From assembly GCA_965240325.2 (NCBI GenBank), contig OZ251238.1:496001-560000 (forward strand): a DNA stretch of 64,000 nucleotides. Direction: 5' to 3'. The notes below the pieces were generated by a model. The model was not told the DNA's origin. It was given only the letters and a program-made list of their open reading frames with translations, and did not search any database. Origin of the DNA: Rebecca billardiae RCC1528 (Eukaryota; Protista; Haptophyta). Shown here piece by piece: positions 1-11,006 of this stretch. Made by a program: the position numbers and the translations under genes. Each line of letters begins with the position of its first letter. Positions within the stretch are counted from its first letter, which is position 1.

Positions 1-402
1 GACAGCTCGTGCACAGCCGCAACGGCATCGCGCGCCTCCTCCTCCTCCTCCGTCACCGGCTTGGAGTACGAGGCGCGTGCAGGGGGCTTGACCTTGGTCA
101 ACACGGGCATCGCCGGCTTAGCCGTGGGTCCAGCCTGCGCGCAAGCAAGCGTCGCGCGGGTGTGGGGCCACGTCGGCGCATGCTGGCGGCATGCGCGTTT
201 TCACGCTGCGCGCGCGTACCGTTTTCCTGATCGCGGTCGAGCCAGACGCTTTCGGCGCGGTCTTCTCACCACGGAGGCGCGCCTCGAACTCCTCGATGTC
301 CTTGCTCACCTGATCCGCATCGTCGTTCTCCGCGTCGCTGTCCCCGAGCTGGTATGTGTCCTCCAGCGACACGGCTGCCATCTGCTTCTCGGCAGTCGCC
401 AT
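1..402 (-). CDS. Hypothetical protein, 5' part (runs off the window start); exon 402-220, intron 219-135, exon 134-<1
   Basis: ATG at 402 (MATAEKQMAAVSLEDTYQLGDSD...). A GT..AG intron of 85 nt in phase 0 restores the frame into AGPTAKPAMPVLTKVKPPARASYSKPVTEEEEEARDAV. Divergent from the gene at 563. Confidence 0.7.
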
Positions 403-562
403 CCCTAACCGCCGCTTGACCAGCTGGGTCGGGTCCTTGGCTCCTTGCGTGCGGGTTGCTGCGGCCGTTCGTGACGCGAGATACTAGTATCTCCACATGT
501 ACAGGACTTTTCGATTCGAACACCGGCTTGCTTGCAGCATCAAACCGCCATCAGCATCCATC

Positions 563-1480
563 ATGGCGGAGGCGCGGTATGACGTCGAGACGCTGCTGCA
601 GGAGGTCATCCAGCTCGAGTCGCGCGTGGGCGCGATGCAGACCGAGCGGCTGGATCTCGAGCAGCGCGTGCTCGTCGCGCAGCAGCGGCAGGCGCAGCAC
701 ATGCGCCCGCATGCCGATCCGGAGGCCGTCGAGAAGATGGCGGAAACGCGGCTACGGCGGCAACTCGAAAACGTGCGCGCGCAGATCACCGCCAAGGAGA
801 CGGAGATGGCGGAGCTGCTCGAGAGGGATCCGCGCGCCGCGCTCGTGGTCCAGGTGCAGCAAGGCGTGGACAAGTACGTCGGCGAGTCCCGCCGGCTGCG
901 CCGCGCGCTGCACGAGCAGAAGGCGCTCGTCCAGCTCGGCCCTCGGCCCGCGTCCAAGCTGCCCACCGCTGAGCTCGAGGTCACGCAGTTGCGCACGCAG
1001 CTGCAGGAGGCGCAGAAGGAGATCGCGGCGCTGCGCGAGCAGACGGACGCGCTGAATAGCGAGGCCGTTCGCTGGGAGGAGCAACAGGGCGAGCTCAGTG
1101 GGGCTCTCAAGTAGGGCGCAGCGCGCCACCTGACCCTCGTGGCGCGCTCGGCACCGTCAGGCGCTCATGCGCGCGCGTCGCTCCGCGCGCACACTTGACT
1201 TTCCCTCCCCCCGCCCTCGCGCGCCACGTCTAGGCGGGAGGACGAGCACGCGGGCGGACCCGTGGGCTCACACGCCGAGGGCGAGCGCGCCATCCGCGCG
1301 GCGCTTGCCGAGCTGGACGCGTCGGAGGCGCTCGCCGAGCAGCGGCACGCGGTGCAGCTCGACGAGCTCCGCGCTGAGAACGAGGCGCTGGAGGCGAAGC
1401 TGGAGGAGGTGACGCGGCAGATGAGCGTGCTGCGAGAAGGGATGCCGCACTACGCCGCGCTGAACGCCGCGGGGGCCTGA
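563..1480 (+). CDS. Coiled-coil protein of unknown function; exons 563-1110 and 1234-1480
   Basis: E/Q/L/R-rich heptad sequence (MAEARYDVETLLQEVIQLESRV...). Intron GTAGGG...TCTAG (1111-1233) joins in frame to REDEHAGGPVGSHAEGERAIRAALAELD..., ending at TGA. Confidence 0.75.
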
Positions 1481-1891
1481 GCGAGCGCGGTGGGAGCGAG
1501 CGTGAGCGCAGCGGCAGCGGCGGCTGAGTCGGCCGCCGGGCCCTATCTCGTCGTGGACCGAGGGCGAGAAGTAAGAGCATATCACCATGAGCAGCGCCAC
1601 TGTCACAGCCAGCAGGCGCATCTGGGACACCCGCCCTGCTGTGGTGCCAGCCTGTGCCGCGTAGGCTTGACAATCGGATGTCGTTACTCGGGCGGGCACC
1701 GCGTATATATACTGATCATATATATATCGGCTGCGATCGGAGCGGCTGACTCCGCGCGGATCCCGGGGCCGGCTGATGCGGGCGCGCGGCCGACGGCGGC
1801 ACCGTGACCGCGGCACGAATTAATCCGCGCCACGATGGCAGCGAGCGCAGACCCGGAGTGCCACGGGCACGACGGTCAGTATAGTGATCGA

Positions 1892-1930
1892 TCTCTCTCT
1901 CTCTCTCGACTCTCTCTCTCTCTCTCTCCG

Positions 1931-2001
<71 letters not shown>
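1892..2001. repeat. (CT)n microsatellite
   Basis: Near-pure TC run visible directly. Confidence 0.95.
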
Positions 2002-2005
<4 letters not shown>

Positions 2006-2132
2006 ACGCCTACTCTAGTCGTAGTACTCAACGTACCCGACTAGCTCAGCACTCACGGTCAGTCATGCTACTCAGACACTCCGAATCACTACGTACTATA
2101 CTCATATACAGTCGATCTACAGACGCGATGTA

Positions 2133-3503
2133 GCGTCTTAACCCCTATTGTGGAACGGACCCCTATTGTGGAACGGCGCCAGTTTTTCCTATGTAGAGCT
2201 CGGATGTCGCGGAGGCGATGAGATCGGCGGCTACCGCCGTGTGCGCCTGGCCAAGGCGCGTCCAACGAGCCCAAGAACGTCGCCATAGCCCCACCCCAGC
2301 GCCGTCCGCTGCCGATCGTTTGCTGGAGTCAGAGCTGAGAATCTGGTGTGAAAAAATGGTTTTCGGCTCCTGTAGGCCGAAGCTTCGGCCGGGAGGGCGC
2401 GCACGGTATTTTTGGGAGCTCCCCGAAAGCAGCCCGGGCAGGGAATCAAGCCGGCTTGCCGCTGCCGCACTCGTGGATGGAGCGCGAGTGACACGAATTG
2501 GGTCAGGTCAGCATGGCTGATTCCTGGGTTGGAGGGTCGAGGACGCCCCGCCGCGGCGGGGGGCGGTGCGGCGGCGCGAGCTGACTGGTGGCGATGATGA
2601 ACGCGTAGCCGAAGGTGCCGGACCGTCAGGCGACGCCCAACCCCGCAAAGCAGCTTCATCGCCTGCCGACCGCGCGAGAGCCGCGCCGCGCGAAGCGGCT
2701 GGGCGCGAGTGGACTACGACCCGCCGGATGCAGCCATCAGGGACTGTGTGTAGAGCGGGGAGCTGGCGTGAGGGCACAGCTGTCGCCGACTTCGGCTCAT
2801 ATGCCGTGACAACGGGCCACGCTCTGTCGGATGGTGAAGGACCCGACCAGCCCGTCGAGGCCGCTGGGGCTGAAGCCGCGGCTGAGCGGCTGTGACGGTC
2901 GAGCAGATGCACACCAACTGGGTCGCGGAGATAGCGCTACTCGGCTTCGCGCCGACCACGCGGCAGGTCTGCATCGATGCGGCGCTCCTCTTCCTGCGTA
3001 GCGGCGCGCCCTTCTCGACGCTCTCCAGCATGCCCTGGAAGCGGTGGTGTCGGCGGCGGCTCCGGCGCCACGCGAAGGCGAGCGAGCGTCGATGACGGAC
3101 ACGCTCGTCGACCGCATCACTCATCGTGGAGAGGGTTCGCGCGGGCAAGACGTGCCCCCCGGCGGCTGCGGGGTCGAGGGCGGGTGCCCACACCACCAGC
3201 ACGCCGGCGAGCGCCAGTGGGCCGACTGCGAACGCTCAGGAGCCAGCAGTGGCACCGTCCTGAGCGAGGAACCAAAATCGTTCCACAATAGGGGTCAGTC
3301 GACCCGTCGACGCACCCCGCGGGCGCGCGCGCGCGCGCGCGCGCGCGCGGGCTAGTTCCGAGCTCCGCACCTTCAGAGGTGTATGGTCCCTTCGGTAGGA
3401 CCCATGGCCAGTACCTGACACCGTAAGATCGCTCGCCGAGCCGCACTACCTCGCCCTAGGGGCGGAAAACCCGAAAATCGTTCCACAATAGGGGTTAAGA
3501 CGT
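2133..3503. mobile_element. Non-autonomous TIR DNA transposon (TA-flanked pogo/Fot1-like, or TTAA-flanked piggyBac-like at 2142-3494)
   Basis: Left TA|GCGTCTTAACCCCTATTGTGGAACG; right CGTTCCACAATAGGGGTTAAGACGT|TA. The core CCCCTATTGTGGAACG is repeated internally near 2160 and, inverted, near 3279-3294. No intact transposase. Confidence 0.8.
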
Positions 3504-4020
3504 TACTGTCAGACGAGTACACTCATACTGTCTACTGCTGCTAAGCTATATATATATATAGTACCGTCGATCGATACGATCTGCTGCTCGACGACTGCGC
3601 GCATATATAGCCTACCATCGTCGCGCCACATATATCAGAGTCGGATCGGATACTATGACGTACGGCGATGAGACACACTGCTCGGACTGACGGCTCACTG
3701 ACGCGCCGGCGCGAAGGCATCGTCGGATCGTGGCGGATCAGCGCGGCGTCTGCCGAGTGGGACAGAACTAATCACGGTAGTGAGCACATTGGGAATCGTG
3801 GCAGCGCGAAAGTAATGATGAGTCGCGCCGCACGAGACGGCGCAGCGTGGATCGGCACTCCGACTCCGCACTCCGACTCCGCCGCGCCACTCCGCCGACT
3901 GCGACGATACATCGATCCTACGCGACGACTGCGCCGCGCCCGCGCTGCAGTCAGCCGCGCCGGAGATCGGGACGATGGGGCCAGCACCACGTGGCAGCGC
4001 CATGCAGCTCGGCCGCGCGG

Positions 4021-5754
4021 CTACTGGGCGCTCATGAGACGCCAGCTCACGCGGCTCATGAGCGGCGGCGCGCCGCGGGGGACCGTGGGCGACGCGGGCT
4101 GCTCGGCGCCGCCGCGCTGCGGCGACTGCCGCTTGGGCGCTGCGCTGCCAAACTTGGGGAGGAGGCTGGGCGAGGTCGGGGTGCCGTAGGTGCCGCTGGT
4201 GGTCGAGCTGCCGCCCGTCGAGCCCGCGCTGAGCGACGAGCGGCTGCCGGCGCGCGCGCGCGTGAGCTGCGCGAGCCAGCCCCAGCCGGCCGGCGCGGGC
4301 TCCGCGCCGGCGCCCGCATCTGACGCTGATGACTGGGCCGAGGCTTCGGAGGCGGAGGAGGGCGTGTGGACGGGGGCGTTGGCGCCGTGCGCGATCAGCA
4401 CGGACTCGCAGCGGGTGTGCCCGCGCTCGCGCGCCATCTGCAGCGGCGTGCGCCCGGCCGAGCGCGCGGTGGGCACCGCGCCCCGCTCAATGAGCAGCGA
4501 GGCGCACTCGACCGAGCCAGCGTCGCACGCTGCGCACAGCGCCGCAGGGTCTGTGTCCGCGGGCGCGCCTCCGTCGAGCAGCAGGCGCACGCACGCAAAG
4601 TGGCCGCCGCCCGCCGCGCGCGCGAGCGCGCTCACGCCCTGCGCGTCGCGCGCGCCGATCGCCGCGCCGTCGGCCGCGCCGTCGGCCGCGCCACCGGAGC
4701 CGGCCGCGCCGCCGGCCGCGCCGCCGGCCGCGCCGCCGGCCGCGCCGCCGGCCGCGCGCGCGCCGAGCAGCTCGGCAACACACTCAGCGTGGCCGTGCGC
4801 GCACGCGTCCATGAGCGCGGTGATGCCGTGCGAGTCCGCGGCGCGCGCGTCCGCGCCCGCCTCGAGCAGCGCGCGCGCCGTCGGCGCGTGCCCGTGCCCG
4901 CACGCCAGCATCAGCGCGGTGGAGCCGTCGTCCTGCGCGTGCCCCGGCGCGGCCGAGGCCGCGAGCAGCGCGCGCACGCAGGGCTCGCGGCCGCGCTCGG
5001 CCGCGTGGAGCAGCGCCGTGCCGCCGAGCGCGTCGACGGCGTGCACGTCCGCGCCGCCGGCGAGCAGCGCGCGCACGCACTCCGCGCCGCCCGCCTCCGC
5101 CGCCACCATCAGCGCCGTGCGCCCGTCCGGAGCCGCCGCGTCGACGGGCGCGCGGCCGCGCCGCAGGAGCTCAGCCACAGCGGCCGCGTGGCCGGCGCGG
5201 CTCGCGTGTAGCAGGGAGTGCCAGCCGTCGTGGGTGCGGCTCGCCGCGGGGCAGCCCGCCTCGAGGAGCAGCCGCACGCAGCGCGTGCGCCCGTCCGCGG
5301 CCGCGTGCTCGAGCGCCGACCAGCCGGACGCGTCGCGCGCGTGCACGTCCGCCTTGGCCGAGAGCAGCGCTGCGAGGATCTCCCCGTGGCCCTCTGCGGC
5401 CGCGTGCATGAGCGCGGTGCCGCCGCCGCTCGCGGCGAGGTTGGGGCTCGCGCGGTGCTCGAGCAGCAGCGCGGCGAGGCCGGCGTGCCCCGCGGCCGCG
5501 GCGTGCATCAGCGCCGTGCCGCCGTCCGTCGCCTGCTGGTCCACGCGCGCGCCGCTCGCCAGCAGCAGCGCCGCCGCCTCGGCTGAGCCGAGCGTCGCGG
5601 CGTGCAGCAGTGGTGTGCCCCCGTCCGCGGCCGTGAGCGATGGGTCAGCACGCGCGCCGAGCAGCGAGGCGACGGCGTCGGTGTGGCCCGAGGCGCACGC
5701 GTGCATCAGCGCGCTCCAGCCGCGCGCGTCCGTCGCGTCGGGCGCCGCGCAGCC

Positions 5755-5785
<31 letters not shown>

Positions 5786-8457
5786 CCCAGCAGCGCGTCG
5801 AGAGCGGCGCAGCGGCCGTGCGCTGCGGCAATCATCAGAGCGGTCGCACCGCTGGCCGCGATCGGGACCGCGACGTCGGCGCGCGCGCGCACGAGCGCTC
5901 GCACGCACTCGGCGCTGCCCACGCGGCACGCGTGCAGCAGGGCGGTCAGCTCGCGCGCGCTGCGCGCGTCCACGTCCGCGCCCGCCGCGAGCACCGCGCG
6001 CGCGCACCGCGCGTCCGCGCGCGCGCACGCGAGCGCGAGCGCCGTCCAGCCTGCCGCGGCCGAGCGGCGCGACGGGTCGGCGCCGTGCTCGAGGAGAAGC
6101 GCGACGACGTGCGCGTGGCCGGCGTGCACCGCCGCGAGCAGCGCCGTCACGCCGTCCGCCGCCGGCACGTCCGCCGTCGCGCCCGCGGCGAGCAGCACGC
6201 GCGCGCACGCGAGCTCGCCGGCGGCACACGCCATGGTCAGAGCGCTCGCGCCGCCGTCGGGGCCGGCACGCGCGTCGACGTCCACGCCGCTGGCGCGGAC
6301 GAGGCGCGCGATGAGGCGCTCGTGCGCGCGCACGCGCGCGCGCGTGCCGCGCTCGAGGTGCCACGCGGCGTGCAGCAGCAGCAGCGCAGGCGACGTCGCC
6401 TCTGCCGTCGCCTCGCCCGACTGCGCGTCGGCGGCGTCGGCGGCACCGGCGTCGGCGGCACCGGCGGTGGCGGCGCCGAAACGCGCCTCGACGCCGCGGG
6501 CCGCGGCCACGGTGTCTCCTGTCGGCTCGGCCAGCGGGGTGGGCGCGCGTTTGGGCGCGAGCTCGCGCAGCGGCGGCGCGCTGCCCTCGGGCAGCAGCCG
6601 GTGCTCGCCGCCCAGCCCCTCGTCCAGCTGCCGCTCGAGCTCGTCGAGGCAGTCCGGGACGGAGTCCGGGCCGGCGGCCGGCGCGGCGCACGCGGCGCGC
6701 AGCAACGCCCACACACCGAGGCGGAGGTGGCCGTCTGCGGCGTGCGCGCGCAGGGTGGGCGGGGGCGTGGGCGGCGGCGCGGCGGGGCGGGGCAGCGCGG
6801 CGGGCGCCGAGCCGCGCCGGTGCGTCGCGCCCGACGCCGCCGGCACCGCCACCGAGCGCCGCCGCCGCGCCAGCTGCGCGACCGCGCCCACGCCCTCCGC
6901 GCCTGCTCCGCCGCCCTCCGCCGCCGCGGCCGCCGCGTCGGCGGCGGCGTCGTCGTCCTCGTCGTGGGTGGCGGGCTCGGCGCCGAGCCACGCGCCGAAG
7001 CTCGGGTGGAAGAGGCGCAGCTCCGGCGGCGCGCGCCCCGCCCCGCCCTCGCCCAGCGCCTCGCCCGAGCCCCCGCCCAGCAGCGCGTCGAGGCAGCTCG
7101 TCACTCGAGCATCGACGGCGCCGTCTGATTGCAGAGACGGGGAGAGTGCGCGCGCGGCGCCGCGGAGCGTGCGCACGCCGAGCGCGGGCGGGAGCGCGGG
7201 CGTGCACACGGGCTCGGGGCCGGGGCCGGTCGCGCGCGCCGCGCCGACGCCCGGCTCGGCCGCCGCGGCGAGCACCTCGAGCAGCGGCCGCGCCGCCGCC
7301 TGCGCCTGCGCCGTTGGCAGCTCAGCGGCCAGTAGCGCGCTGTAGTGCGGAGCCACCGCGCCAAGCAGGCGGTGGCCGCTGCCGCCGTGCGCGGAGGGGC
7401 CGCTGGCGAGCGCGTCGCGCAGCAGCGCGTGCGCGTGCAGCATGCTGCCGTCGGCGAGCGCGCACACGCGCGCCTCGCCCGCCGCCAGCGTCGCCTCCGC
7501 CTCGCGCGCCGGCACGTGCGCCAAGGGCGACGCCCACGCCTGCGCCAGCACGCGCGTGGTCAGCTCAGCCACGTCCGCGCGCGCCTCGGCGCTGTCCGGC
7601 CGCATGCGGAGCACGCGCCACGCGGGCCGCGGCGTGCCCGGCTTGGGCGCGGGCGCGCCGCCGCCCTCCACGCCCAGCGCCGCGCCGAGCGCGCGCTCCG
7701 AGCGCGCCGACACGATCACGCGCACCCAGCTCGGCAGCGAGGGCAGGGCGCGCGCAATCACATCCGCAATCGTCGGCCGGCCGACCGCGTCGCGCGCGGC
7801 GGCGTCGAGCGCGTCGACGAGGAGGAGGCACGTGCCCTCGGGGCGCTCGCGCCGGTGCAGCTGGCGCAGCGGCGTCGCCACCATCTTGACGAACGCGGCC
7901 ACCGGGTCTTCGTCGACGCTCGCGTCGCGCGCGCCGGCGTCGGCGTCGGCGTCGCCGTCCGCGTCCGCGCTCAGCAGAGCGTCGTACGCGGGGAGCTGGC
8001 GGCGGAGCTGCGCGCAGATGTTGCGCACGAAGAGCCGCGCGCTCAGCGTGCGCTTCTCCTCCACCGTGCAGATGTGCGCGCACAGCGTGTGCGCCTCCAC
8101 GTCCGCCGGGCCGTGCGCGCGCGCGCCCGGCGCGCGCCCGAACGGCATCAGCTGCGCGAGGACGGCCGACTTGCCGCAGCCGAGCGGGCCGACGAGCGCG
8201 AGGAGGTGTGGGGCCATCGGGTCGGAGGCCCACTCGCGGATCGAGCCGAGCAGCTCGCGCCGGCCCACGAAGCCGAGCTGGCCCGCCTGCGCCGCGCGCT
8301 GGGCGAACAGGGCGTCGAGAGGTGGCTCGGGGGGGCCGTCGCCGCGGCCGGCCACGGCGCGCGAGGGCGCGGTGGGGGAGGAGGCCCCGCCGGTGAGCTC
8401 GCTCAGCAAGTTCTCCGCCACCTTGGAGAAGGACGAGCGGCGGCGGCGCTGCTGCAT
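4021..8457 (-). CDS. NACHT/STAND P-loop NTPase with C-terminal ankyrin repeats (TANC/NPHP3-N-like architecture)
   Basis: FVGRRELL, Walker A GPLGCGKS, Walker B LLLVDALD and LRLFHPSF. I count 18 ankyrin motifs of the GxTAL(M/L)xAxxxG type. Single long ORF; likely ATG at 8457. Confidence 0.9.
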
Positions 8458-9685
8458 CTCGCCCTCGGAGCGCGTCGAGCGACTCTCGCGCCCGGGCGTG
8501 GTGACGATGACGCAGGCCCAGGACCGGCGATGCTCCGTCAACAGGTGCCGATGCGCGGGCGGCCGCGGAATCCCGCTCACCGCGCCGCCCGGCGCGGGTC
8601 CGAAGCGTCGAGGACCTGCGCTCTGTCTCGTCGCCTCCCCGGTCCGGTGCGGGCGCGGGGTCAGAACCTCCCATCAACCAATCGCTTTCGATTCAATTTA
8701 GGGTGCTGGCCAATGAGCGCTCACGGACGAGCCAAAAGATCCCTCCGAAGGTCCGCCGAAAACAGATGATGCCCGTTTGCCACGCACACGGTTGGCCTCC
8801 CGTCAATCCGCCGCCATGCACCCGACATCGAAAGCATGGCGCCGCCCCGGCCGTGGTGCGGGGCGGCTTGCTAGGAGCAGACCCGACATGTGGGCGGCCG
8901 CAACCCTGGAGGTGCTATGGGCAACGTCGATGCCGCGCCACCTCGCTGTCCTTCTGCCCGGGGCGCTCGCGGTAGCGACTAGCGTTGTCTGAGGTCGGAG
9001 GCTGACACAGAGGGGTCGGGCGCGCTCCGCTCAGAGCATGGGCTCTGGAGAAGACTCTTGATTTGCCCTTGTTGTGAGCACTGCCATGAGAAGTGAAAGG
9101 TAGTGCTTGACCTTACCGCCAAACAACCCTGCCACGTTGATGAGCTGCATGGTCACATCCGCGGGACGAGCGCGAGTAGCCTACCGGGGAGAATGCCGTC
9201 GGGCGCGTTGCCCCGCGCGGGCCCCGGCCCTCGCCCCGGTCAGCCCAGCCCCGCCTCAGCCTGCGGCCCCGCGCGGCACCGTTATACTAGCATTCTGAGT
9301 GTAATTGAAACGGAGGGCCTGATGATGAGACGCTTCGCGGAGTTGGGCGGGAACCTTGGGCGGAAACCGCCGCCGGACCCGCCGCGGTCGGATAGCGCGG
9401 ATAATTACGCGGGCCGGCTGTCTGATCACGGTCCGATCGAACTAGTCGTCCGCCGGACTAGCGCTGATCGCAATATCCTGGAGTCTGACTGAGTCGTCGA
9501 CACGAGCCACGTTCACGGACTGGGTCGCGCCTCGCGGCACCGCCCGCACCGCCGACCGTCGTCGCGGCCGTCTGAAACAATAATAGCCAGTAGGCACACA
9601 GCCTGGTCGGCCAAGCTGGGCGGCGTGGACGCGCTACGGGGCCGAGAGAGGATGTGATGGCGCGACCCGCGCGGGCAGAGCGACG

Positions 9686-10774
9686 CTATCCTCGCAATCG
9701 TCGCGCCGCGCGGCGGCCGAGTAGCCGTCGCAGCGCGCCGCGCGCCCCGCGAAGCGCACGGCCGGGCGGGTCCTGCATGAAGGATAACGACACGCCGCGC
9801 GGCACGTCTGGCTCGGGCAGCGCGCCGGCGATGCGCGTGGGCGCGGCCGGCTTCTTCGCCGGCGTGGGGCTGGAGTCGTGTAGGTACCACAGGCCCACCG
9901 ACTTGAGCTTCTTCAGCTTGAGCCACTGCTGCTTGCCCTTGTTGTGGCAGTGCGCGATGATGACCCCGCTGGACGCGTTCAGCTTCTGGCCCTTGGGGCA
10001 GATGCGTCTGAACGTGCTGTGGGCGAGCATCGCGACGCGCAAGCCGGTGTACGTCCTGTTGGGGCGCATGACGGTGCCATAGCTCGTGTGCGCGCTTGGG
10101 ATGTACGCGAGCCGCCCCTCATCCCATCGCACGCGCTCGCGCAGCAGGTTGCGGTTGAAGTCTGTCTGGTCCTCGCGCATGGGCACAGTCAGCGCGTCGA
10201 GTGCGGCCGCGACGCGCGGGTCTGAGCCGCGGAAGAAGACAAAGCCCATGCACACCGTCGCGCCCCAGACGGCGGAGACGGAAGGGGGCGAGGAGCCTCG
10301 CGACGCGACGATCCCCGCGTCGATCCCTTGCAGGGCCTGCAGCGGGTCGTGCAGCCAGAGCGCGTCCAGGTCGCTGATCAGCACGTCGCGGCCGGCGCGC
10401 ACGAGTTCGCGCACGTAGGGGATGCGCTTAGTGTACGTCTTCGCCGCGCCCCTGCCGGCCTGCTGCACGGCGCGGCAGCGCCAGCCGCGGTGCACCGCCA
10501 CCAGCGGCCCGACGACTCTGTCCGTGCATAGCAGGTGCACGTCCCACGCGCGCAGCATGGACGGGATCGCGGGCGCGAGGATGAAGTTTTCAAACACGCG
10601 CAAGTACGCCGCGTTGAGGACGAGTACGACGACCGGGCGGGTGTCGGCGGGCGTAGTCGGGATCAGACTCGCCGGCTGCTGCGCCATCGCGCGCCCGCCC
10701 GCCGGCGGCGGCCACACGCACGGTGTGGCCGCCAGCGCGAGCCACACCGCCCCGCCGAGCCGCCGAGTCCCCAT
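9686..10774 (-). CDS. Nucleotide-diphospho-sugar transferase (GT77-like, DxD)
   Basis: N-terminal hydrophobic signal/anchor, DVLISDLDALWLHDP (DxD), CMGFVFFR, EDQTDFN and IIAHCH, all typical of the family. Confidence 0.85.
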   Translation of the reverse strand: MGTRRLGGAVWLALAATPCVWPPPAGGRAMAQQPASLIPTTPADTRPVVVLVLNAAYLRVFENFILAPAIPSMLRAWDVHLLCTDRVVGPLVAVHRGWRCRAVQQAGRGAAKTYTKRIPYVRELVRAGRDVLISDLDALWLHDPLQALQGIDAGIVASRGSSPPSVSAVWGATVCMGFVFFRGSDPRVAAALDALTVPMREDQTDFNRNLLRERVRWDEGRLAYIPSAHTSYGTVMRPNRTYTGLRVAMLAHSTFRRICPKGQKLNASSGVIIAHCHNKGKQQWLKLKKLKSVGLWYLHDSSPTPAKKPAAPTRIAGALPEPDVPRGVSLSFMQDPPGRALRGARGALRRLLGRRAARRLRG

Positions 10775-10854
10775 CGCCGCGGCGTCGGTACCTGTGGGGG
10801 TCAAGCTATTACTGTAAGGCGTTGTCTGTACAGTGCGACTCTTAGTTTATCGTA

Positions 10855-10951
10855 CAGTAGCAGTGCCCTGAAGGGCTGCCGGAAGGGTCGCGCAAGCTTG
10901 CAAACGACTGTGACTGTGTACGCACCGGGTATCATACGTACTGCGGTACTG
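10855..10951. mobile_element. Possible tiny Tc1/pogo-type MITE
   Basis: TA|CAGTAGCAGT ... ACTGCGGTACTG|TA imperfect short TIRs. Confidence 0.3.
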
Positions 10952-11006
10952 TACTATACTAATTATTCCTTTCCGGCTATGCGCGCAGTAGTTAGTCATG
11001 GGGGCC

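Noticed and set aside
4190-8769. Long plus-strand and alternate-frame ORFs (1051, 520, 508 and 474 aa)
   Set aside because: Antisense or frame shadows of the NACHT-ankyrin gene in very GC-rich DNA; Ala/Arg/Ser-rich with no motifs.
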